A stretch of 23,536 bases of DNA from an uncultured cyanobacterium (lineage in GTDB: Bacteria; Cyanobacteriota; Cyanobacteriia; Cyanobacteriales; Microcystaceae): positions 1 through 23,536 of the forward strand of contig CAWEDJ010000074.1 of NCBI GenBank assembly GCA_963807635.1, in the 5' to 3' direction. The notes beneath the pieces were generated by a model. That model ran no database searches. It saw nothing but the letters and a program-made list of their open reading frames with translations, and was not told the DNA's origin. Positions 11,242 to 18,894 of this stretch are shown here, one piece after another. Position 1 is the first letter of the stretch. Every line of letters starts with the position of its first letter. The position numbers and the translations under genes were made by a program.

Positions 11242-13173
11242 ATGAAAACACGCATCGCTAACCGCCTTTACAAATTCTATCAATCCTTAGCTCGTACCTA
11301 TAAGCGAAAGCTTTTATTGATTACGGATGCTGGCATTTGCGTCGTGGCCATTGTAGGAGCCTTCGTTTTGCGAGATTCCTCCACTTCAGTCTTGGACAAT
11401 ATCCAACAACATTTTTGGGCGATCGCCTTTTTAATCGGTGTGAAGCTGGTTGTGTTCAAGTTAAAAGGAATGTATAGTCCTATTTTGCGCTACACAGGGA
11501 CTGAATTTCTGGTAACGGCTACTCAATCGGTATTACTCAGTTCCGCAATTTTGATTATTCTAGGGTATATTCAAGGCTCCTGGCCCTTCCCCCGCGCCGT
11601 CGTCGGGATCGACGCCTTATTAACTTTGGTTTTGATTGTCAGCGTGCGAATTTTGATTCGTCAATTGTTTCGGGAATTGGACAATCGCGTCGGCAAATCC
11701 CAATCTAGACAAAGGGTAGTCATCTATGGTGCAGGGGCATCAGGTTCCCAATTAGCCCGTGCTTTTCTGGATGAACCTTCCTATGAAGTCGTTGGTTTTA
11801 TTGATGACAATCCAGAATTACATCGACAGGTCATTCAAGGAGTCAAGGTACACTCTCCTGAAAATATCACCACTCTCTACAAAAAGCAACCCTTTGATCT
11901 GGTCATACTGGCTATCTACGAAATCAGCAAAAACCGTAAACGAGAGATTGTTCAGAGTGTTGAGGCGTTAAATATCACCGTTAAAGCAGTCCCACCAATG
12001 GCGAAATTAGTCTCAGGAGAAGTTTCCCTGGGAACGTTAAGAAATATTGACGTGACGGAATTACTGGGGCGAGAAGAAGTCATGCCCTATCCCGAATTAC
12101 TCAGTGTCAACGTAACGGGAAAATCAGTGTTAGTCACAGGAGCAGGCGGATCGATTGGTTCTGAATTGTGTCGCCAAATTGCCCAATTAGACCCTAAATG
12201 TTTGGTGATGTACGAAATGAGTGAATTCGCGCTCTACAGTATTGATCTGGAATTAGCCGAAGCCTATCCCCATCTTCAGCGAGGGGCCTATTTGGGGAAC
12301 GTCACTGAACAATTACCACTTCAGAATGTATTAAGAAAACATCAGGTCGATACCATTTACCATGCAGCCGCCTACAAGCATGTTCCCATTGTGGAAGGAA
12401 ACCCTGCTTTAGGGATTTATAACAATGTTCAAGGGACTTTAAGTGTTGCCCAAGCCGCGATCGCCTGTAACGTATCTAACTTTGTTTTAATTTCTACGGA
12501 TAAAGCTGTTCGTCCCACTAATGTCATGGGAGCAAGCAAACGAGTCGCGGAACTCGTCATCCAATCCCTAGCAGACTTAGAGCATTCCACCTGCTTCACC
12601 TGTGTCCGCTTCGGAAATGTCCTCGATAGTAGCGGCTCTGTTGTCCCCCGTTTTCGCAAACAGATTGCCAATGGTTTACCGATCACCGTCACCCATAAGG
12701 ATATAACCCGCTATTTTATGTCTATTCCAGAGGCGGTACGCCTGGTTATCCAAGCAGGGGCAATGTCCACAGGAGGAGAAGTCTTTTTGCTGGAGATGGG
12801 AGAGCCTATTCGTATCTATGATCTTGCTCTACAAATGATTCGTCTAAGTGGTTTAGAACCTGGAAAAGATATCGAAATTCAAGTAACAGGACTAAGACCG
12901 GGGGAAAAACTCTATGAAGAATTGCTGATCGATCAAACCAAAGCAGAACCGACAAAACATCCCCGTGTTTTTTCTGCTAAAGAGCATAAATTAAGCTGGG
13001 ATATTTTAGAAGGCAAACTCGAAAAACTGTTATTCCAGACCCAAACGGGTAATTATCCCGAATTAATCAATAGTCTCAAGGAGTTAGTGACAGAATATCA
13101 GCCGACTAATCAAATTGTGACGACAACCAGTACAGCATCTAATGATAAACAACTAGGGCGTGTCATCAATTAG
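11242..13173 (+). CDS. capD: Membrane-anchored nucleoside-diphosphate-sugar dehydratase (CapD/WbpM/PglF family; polysaccharide biosynthesis protein)
   Basis: Four N-terminal hydrophobic segments, a GAGASG CoA-binding-like domain, then GAGGSIGSEL, HAAAYKHVP, ISTDKAV, VMGASK, RFGNVL and RPGEKLYEEL. ATG 11242 preferred over TTG 11191. The last five codons and the stop lie inside the IS left end. Confidence 0.93.
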   Translation: MKTRIANRLYKFYQSLARTYKRKLLLITDAGICVVAIVGAFVLRDSSTSVLDNIQQHFWAIAFLIGVKLVVFKLKGMYSPILRYTGTEFLVTATQSVLLSSAILIILGYIQGSWPFPRAVVGIDALLTLVLIVSVRILIRQLFRELDNRVGKSQSRQRVVIYGAGASGSQLARAFLDEPSYEVVGFIDDNPELHRQVIQGVKVHSPENITTLYKKQPFDLVILAIYEISKNRKREIVQSVEALNITVKAVPPMAKLVSGEVSLGTLRNIDVTELLGREEVMPYPELLSVNVTGKSVLVTGAGGSIGSELCRQIAQLDPKCLVMYEMSEFALYSIDLELAEAYPHLQRGAYLGNVTEQLPLQNVLRKHQVDTIYHAAAYKHVPIVEGNPALGIYNNVQGTLSVAQAAIACNVSNFVLISTDKAVRPTNVMGASKRVAELVIQSLADLEHSTCFTCVRFGNVLDSSGSVVPRFRKQIANGLPITVTHKDITRYFMSIPEAVRLVIQAGAMSTGGEVFLLEMGEPIRIYDLALQMIRLSGLEPGKDIEIQVTGLRPGEKLYEELLIDQTKAEPTKHPRVFSAKEHKLSWDILEGKLEKLLFQTQTGNYPELINSLKELVTEYQPTNQIVTTTSTASNDKQLGRVIN

Positions 13174-14067
13174 GGGGGTTGACATTAGTGGCAAATAATG
13201 CGCAGAGTATGAAATGACACAATATACGTTGAAGAGAGGTGTGAATATGACGAGGCGTTATGCGTTGCGGGATGACCAATGGGAAAGAATCAAAGAGCTA
13301 TTACCTGGAAAAGAGGGAGATGTGGGAGTAACAGCCAAAGATAATCGTTTGTTTGTTGAAGCCGTATTATATCGATATAGAGCGGGCATTCCTTGGAGAG
13401 ACTTACCCGAAAGGTTTGGAGATTTTCGAGTGATTCACACGCGTTTTACGCGATGGACGAAATCAGGGGTGTGGGAAAAGGTATTCAAGCACTTAGCGCA
13501 GGACGCTGATAATGAATACGCAATGATAGATGCAACGATTGTGAGAGCGCATCAACACAGTGCAGGAGCAAAAAACAGTAGCGCAGAGGAAGAAGATATA
13601 GGAAGGAGTACAGGAGGATTAAGTACGAAAATCCATGCCGTAGTAGACGCATTAGGGAATCCAGTCTCTTTTTTCCTAACGCCAGGTCAAGCGTGTGATT
13701 TAGACGGAGCCGATGTGCTATTGCCTGATGTAGAAGCAGAAGCGGTGCTAGGGGACAAAGCCTATGACGCAGACGATAGAGTCATTAAGGTTCTAGAAAA
13801 AAGAGGGATAGTGCCTGTGATACCCTCGAAAAGTAATCGAAAAGAACCTCGCCCTTATGATACATTTTTGTATAAAGCGCGTCATTTAGTCGAAAACTTC
13901 TTTGCGAAACTCAAACAATATCGTGCGCTTGCGACTCGTTACGACAAGCGCTCAGCCAATTTTCTAGGCGGCATCTATCTGGCCGCATCAGTTATATGGT
14001 TAGCGTAGCCCAGTTTAAACAGCATAATTATTCACTAATGTCAAGTGTGTTAATTGATGACACGCTC
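13156..14067 (+). mobile_element. Complete IS5-family insertion sequence (probably IS427 group), 912 bp, inserted at CTAG with a TA duplication
   Basis: Left end GGGCGTGTCATCAATTA (13156-13172) and right end TAATTGATGACACGCTC (14051-14067) match 16/17 as inverted repeats. TA flanks both ends (13154-13155, 14068-14069). It encloses one transposase and has no HIP1 site. Confidence 0.93.
13247..14008 (+). CDS. IS5-family DDE transposase, single intact ORF
   Basis: N-terminal LRDDQWERI…WRDLPERFG domain. Catalytic motifs are IDATIVRAH, GDKAYD and YKARHLVENFFAKLK (YREK). GAGG RBS precedes ATG 13247. Confidence 0.95.
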   Translation: MTRRYALRDDQWERIKELLPGKEGDVGVTAKDNRLFVEAVLYRYRAGIPWRDLPERFGDFRVIHTRFTRWTKSGVWEKVFKHLAQDADNEYAMIDATIVRAHQHSAGAKNSSAEEEDIGRSTGGLSTKIHAVVDALGNPVSFFLTPGQACDLDGADVLLPDVEAEAVLGDKAYDADDRVIKVLEKRGIVPVIPSKSNRKEPRPYDTFLYKARHLVENFFAKLKQYRALATRYDKRSANFLGGIYLAASVIWLA

Positions 14068-14292
14068 TAGTAGAAAAATAAAAATTCGGTATATCTCAAC
14101 AGATTTTAATTACTTCATTTGAATAGGATTAGAAACTTACGATGTTAGGGTTCTAATTTTTTTTTGCAGATTAATAAATAAGAATTGCTAATTTTTCTAT
14201 TGCTCCAGGAACGCGATCGCCTAGACAGTTACCCGATTATAAAAACAGAAAAAACTTACAATGACAGCTTCTCAACTGTACATCTCAACATA

Positions 14293-14364
14293 AGCCCGTG
14301 ACGAGGATTGAACTCGTGACCTCACCCTTACCAAGGGTGTGCTCTACCACTGAGCCACACGGGC
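14293..14364 (-). tRNA. trnT: tRNA-Thr(GGT)
   Basis: Reverse complement GCCCGTGTGGCTCAGTGGTAGAGCACACCCTTGGTAAGGGTGAGGTCACGAGTTCAATCCTCGTCACGGGCT folds as a cloverleaf with anticodon GGT. CCA is not encoded. Confidence 0.97.
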
Positions 14365-14378
14365 AAACTTCAAAAATG

Positions 14379-14463
14379 TGGTGGGCCGAGCTGGATTTGA
14401 ACCAGCGTAGGCATAGCCAGTGGATTTACAGTCCACCCCCATTAACCACTCGGGCATCGACCC
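14379..14463 (-). tRNA. trnY: tRNA-Tyr(GTA)
   Basis: Reverse complement GGGTCGATGCCCGAGTGGTTAATGGGGGTGGACTGTAAATCCACTGGCTATGCCTACGCTGGTTCAAATCCAGCTCGGCCCACCA. Anticodon GTA, long variable arm, encoded CCA. Confidence 0.97.
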
Positions 14464-14482
14464 ATTTACACCACAGCTTCTT

Positions 14483-14510
14483 ATCCTAACATACTTAACA
14501 ACCAAGTCAA
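14483..14510 (-). promoter_or_regulatory. Sigma70-type promoter of the tRNA-Tyr/tRNA-Thr operon
   Basis: TTGACT (14510-14505), 16 bp, TAGGAT (14488-14483) preceded by TGn. An A-tract lies upstream and the site is ~20 nt before the tRNA-Tyr 5' end. Confidence 0.75.
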
Positions 14511-14519
14511 ATATTTTTT

Positions 14520-16125
14520 TTAAGAAGCAAACCATTCGCATAATTCTGCGGTCTGAGGACGAATTACATCCAGTTGATTTTGCAGAGGTTGCAACGCAGT
14601 CTCATAGATTCTAATTTTTGTCTCGATTTGCATAACATCCTGTTGTAATTGCTTCCAAGCATTTTCCTCCTGTTGAATATCTTTGGATTTAGCCTGTTGC
14701 TCCCGATCGAACTGATCGATCATGTCTTGAATCTGCTGGAGATTTTCCTGAAGATTGTGGATATCGGTTTCCAGTTTCAGCTTTTCTGCTTGGGTTTCAT
14801 GCTGTAAGGACTCTAGTTGATCAATAACAGGATCGAGGTCAATGGAAGGGTAATTGGCTTCTAGGTCAATGATTCCTTGGCGACGGCGGAGAATTTGGAG
14901 ATGTTGGACTAAAATCGTTTGCCTTTCTTTCAGATTACGACGTTGACCCACTAAAGTTTCATCAAGCATTCGTTTACGCTCTTGTTCTTCCCCTAACTCC
15001 TCTTCAATTGCAATTCTGTCAAAGTCACTAACTTGGGATAATTTTGCTTGTAACTCTTCCACCGATTGACATTGGAGGGTGAGTTCTTCCTCTTGATCAT
15101 TCACAAAACGCACGAGCCGTTCCAAATCGGACTGTAAATGTTTAATGATTTCTTCTAGTTCATTGAGGGGCATGACCTCTAGGGCGGCAGGATCAATTTT
15201 GGATTCGTTAGCGGTTTCTGCCGAACCAGTCGCCAGGCGATAGAGTGTTTTTTGGAGATCTCCCTTACTTTCTATTTCACTATTCAGACGGCGCAGGAAG
15301 TCTTGCTTATTGGATAAAACATTTTTTTCGACAGCGAGCTGAATTTTGGCACTTTCTAGGGAAGAATGGACTGAGTCTAGTTCTTGTCTTCGTAGATCTA
15401 AAATTTCGCCTTTTTGCTGTATCTCTTGATGGAGTTGTTCTGCTTTAGTCTTATTTTTGTCTAGGTCTTGCCAATAACCATTGAAAATATCTTGTTGTTG
15501 TTGGGCAGATTTAGCGATCGCCTGTAAGACAGGAGACAATGTGTTAATTCTGTCGGGATGAATAGCAAAGCGGTTGATTAGGGTCTGGAGTTGATTGGTT
15601 TGTTCGGGGGAAAGGTCTAAAATATTGCCAAAACGTTCCTGTAGGGCGAGTAATTGTTGGCGTTCTCTCTCTAGGCGTTCCCAGGCTAGGTTAACTTCCT
15701 GTTGCTGACGATTGACATGGGCGAGTTCTAGGGATTTATCTTCGATATCGCTTTCTCTTGCATCAATTTCTGCTTCACGACGGGCGAGTTCTTGGCTTTG
15801 GTAGGTTAAGGATTCTTTCCATTGCTCAATTTCGATCTGTTGCTCTTTAAATTTTTCTGATAGGCGAGATAATTTTTGCAGTTGACGTACCAGTTCGGGG
15901 GCGGCAAGGTCGGGTTTTCCCTGAAGTTGACGATTATTGGTGAGCTGAAGCACCCACAGAGTCCCTTCTCCTGTGATTTCCAATTCTTCTGTGGTCAGTA
16001 TCTCTTCCGTTGGGAACGGAACTCCAAGTTTGATCGCTGTGTTGACAGGCTAAAAGTCTAAGATCTGTTCTGAGAGATCCTAGAAAAGTCCGAGTTTGCT
16101 TTTTAACTTCCGCTAGATAGAGCAC
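14520..16125 (-). CDS. hmpF: Pilus motility/taxis coiled-coil protein HmpF; one frameshift near 16010
   Basis: N-terminus (GTG 16125) MLYLAEVKKQ…LRLLACQHSDQTWSSVP joins the frame EEILTTEELEITGEGTLWVLQL. Then QQIEIEQWKESLTYQSQELARRE and long Q/E/L-rich coiled coils. Divergent from the pilG cluster. Confidence 0.88.
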
Positions 16126-16357
16126 GAGTTGCAATCCTGTTAATGGAGTCAGGGCTACCAATGTAATAGTCTTTTAGTATTAAACATAACCCAAATTTTT
16201 GGGATATGCAGATTCTTTATTTTTCATCAGTTTTTTATCAGTTCAAAGGAACGAATCTTTTTTTTATGGGTCTTAATTAATTATCTCTGGATTCGTCAAG
16301 TAAACTGGAGTATGGGGCATTATTTAAAAATATTATGGGGCATTTGCTGTCAAAGTT

Positions 16358-17574
16358 ATGCAGGGAAGCTTAAATGAAATCGATCTCCGCAGTATTCTGC
16401 AATTAATTGAGCTGGGTCAGAGGACGGGAGAACTTTTTATTGAGACCTTTGGTAGTGCTAATAAGCGGGAAAGAGGTTTCTCTTCAGGAGGGTTGGGTCG
16501 GTCAGGGAGATGGACAGCGATCGCGACAAGAGGAATCGGTGGGTTGGTTTGTTTTTTTTGTGAGTGGTAGGGTGGTCTATGCGGCGGATCATAATTATGG
16601 ACAAATGAAACGACTGCGGGATTATCTCCGACGGTATGACGTGGTTGATCAGTTGAAGTATTTCAATGACTCGGCGATCGCGACCAACAATAATCCTGAA
16701 TACGCCTATCTTTGGCTATTACTCGAAAAAAATATTCTCAATCCCGCTCAGGCCCGAACGATTATTAGCTGTATGGTGCAAGAAACCCTGTTTGAATTAT
16801 TAAATTTACGCCAGGGAACCTTTACTTTTGAGTTAGGAAATGCCCTAGATCCCCCGATGATCTCGTTTGAAATAGGCGCGTTAATTACCCAAATTACTAA
16901 ACAGGTTCAGGAGTGGAAACAGTTTCATCCCCATATTCAGTCTCCTGATCAGGTGATGGTGATTACCGATGAAGAGAAATTACAGTCCACTTTGTCGGAA
17001 AACCTCTATCAACGATTAATCTTCGGCGAATGGAAAAACCTCCCTCCGCCAACTCGCTCGGTATTTACATCGCGATCTCCCCACCGTTGCGCGGGGTCTC
17101 TATCCCTACATCGAACAGGGATTATTGCAGGTGAAAAATCCAACCTCTGCGATCGCCTCCCAGCCCAAACCCTCTTCTCCTTGGGACACTTTTCCCTCCG
17201 TGCGTCTTCCCTACATTGCTTGCATTGATGATGATCTTACTGTCGGTAAACAAGTGGAATTGATGGTTAGTCGGCAGGGGTATCAGATTTTGCTGATTAC
17301 CAATCCCCTCGAAACCTTTTCCCAATTGTTCCAGTCTCCGCCCGACCTGATTTTGTGCGATATCACCATGCCGCGACTCGATGGTTACGAAATTTGTGCC
17401 ATGCTCAGACACTCCACCGCCTTTCGCCAAACCCCCATTATTATGCTGACGGGCAAAGAAGCTTTTATGGATAGAGTTCGCGCTCGCATGGCGGGAGCTA
17501 CGGATTATTTAACCAAACCTTTTGGAGAAAGCGAATTGTTACTCTTATTGGAAAAATATCTGGCTTTGTCCTGA
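16358..17574 (+). CDS. pilG: PatA-family response regulator (PilG); two frameshifts (within ~16450-16545 and near 17020)
   Basis: MQGSLNEIDLRSILQLIELGQRTGELFIE, then WFVFFVSGRVVYA (PATAN-like), then ANGKTSLRQLARYLHRD…LYPYI, then receiver domain IACIDDD…ILCDITMP…KPF. Confidence 0.88.
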
Positions 17575-17781
17575 ATTCAAAAAGAAAGAATTCTGCCTTA
17601 AAAAATATTTATATTCCTCATGTTGCATCGTTTTTTTGAAATTTGGGCATATTAAATAGTGAAAACCTTTCAAAGGGGAGAATTGAATGCTATTTTAACT
17701 ACTATCATAGGAATGAGAGAGAGCGTTAACCTGTTCGCGCGAAACTCTGAATTCCCAGCGAACCCTGCCGATAGGATATTT

Positions 17782-18146
17782 ATGAGCGAAGTGTTGCTTG
17801 TTGAAGATAGCCCCGTTCAGCGAGAGATGATCTCTGGCATTCTCAAAGATAATGGTTGGAAGGTGACAATAGCTTGCGACGGTGTGGAAGCCCTAGAACA
17901 GCTAAAAACCTTTAACCCCGATCTGGTGGTGTTAGATATCGTTATGCCTCGAATGAACGGTTATGAGGTTTGTCGTTGGATTAAATCTAACCCCGGAACC
18001 AAAAATGTCCCTGTGGTGATGTGTTCTTCTAAAGGAGAAGATTCGATCGCTACTGGGGGATGCGCCAAGGAGCCGATGCCTATATTGCTAAACCTTTTCA
18101 ACCCGTTGAATTGGTTGGTACGATTAAGCAACTTCTACGACCCTAA
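17782..18146 (+). CDS. pilH: CheY-like single-domain response regulator (PilH); 1-nt deletion near 18041
   Basis: MSEVLLVEDS…VVLDIVMPRMNGYEVCR…SSKGE. The -1 frame continues FDRYWGMRQGADAYIAKPFQPVELVGTIKQLLRP to TAA 18144-18146. Confidence 0.9.
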
Positions 18147-18188
18147 GCCACCCGCTTAAAACCCAGTATTACGCAAGGAAACAACTCA

Positions 18189-18722
18189 ATGGTTGCTAAC
18201 TCGGAATTTTTAGTTGACACAAATCCAGAAGACCTTAACTCAGAGTTCCAAACAATACAGGCGTTGGAAGGAGAACTTCATCTACGTTTTTTTCTACCGT
18301 CGAACGAAGAATTTGCCCTCCCCGCGATCGCCATTCGGGAAGTCATGCAACAACCCCCCGATCGCATTACCCCCATTCCCAATGCGTCCCCCCTACTTTT
18401 GGGAACCATCAACTTGAGGGGTCAGGTGATTTGGGTAGCAGATTTAGGTCAATTTTTAGGTGATCCAACTACCCTCAATACTGATCGGGTAGAAATTCCG
18501 GTGATCGCCGTCGAGGATCAAGATACTCTGCTGGGATTGGCCATTGAATCTTTGGGAGAAATGGAATGGTTAAACATCGAAAACCTACAAACTGCCACCA
18601 GTGTCCCCGATCACATTGCCCCCTACGTCCAAGGAGAGTGGATTTCTGGAAACGAATCTCCCCAAATGCTACGCTTACTGGATCATATTGCCATCTTGAG
18701 ATCGGCACGATGGGCGACCTGA
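18189..18722 (+). CDS. pilI: CheW-like coupling protein (PilI)
   Basis: ITPIPNASPLLLGTINLRGQVIWVADLGQFLG motif. Intact ORF between the CheY and MCP genes. Confidence 0.93.
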   Translation: MVANSEFLVDTNPEDLNSEFQTIQALEGELHLRFFLPSNEEFALPAIAIREVMQQPPDRITPIPNASPLLLGTINLRGQVIWVADLGQFLGDPTTLNTDRVEIPVIAVEDQDTLLGLAIESLGEMEWLNIENLQTATSVPDHIAPYVQGEWISGNESPQMLRLLDHIAILRSARWAT

Positions 18723-18894
18723 TTGTGGAAACCATCGCTTTATATAGGATTTTTATACTATTTTGATTTTAGTAATAACTAATCTGCTTAATAATTGTGG
18801 TTCATTAAACCCTTGATTAATACTATTTTTATTCCCTTAAATACCCTAAATTAACTGATTAACCGACTACTGATTACCGAGAGGAGATAGGCAA

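Noticed and set aside
14082..14364. tRNA-Thr 3' end as an integration site for an island containing capD and the IS
   Set aside because: No duplicate of the tRNA 3' sequence and no integrase found in the window. capD carries HIP1 sites like native genes.
14298..14614. Short ORFs overlapping 14298-14614
   Set aside because: They overlap the two tRNA genes and the hmpF end, so they are spurious translations.
17659..17781. 41-aa N-terminal extension of pilH in the ORF track
   Set aside because: The receiver domain starts at ATG 17782, preceded by AGGA. The upstream GTG frame is probably untranslated leader.
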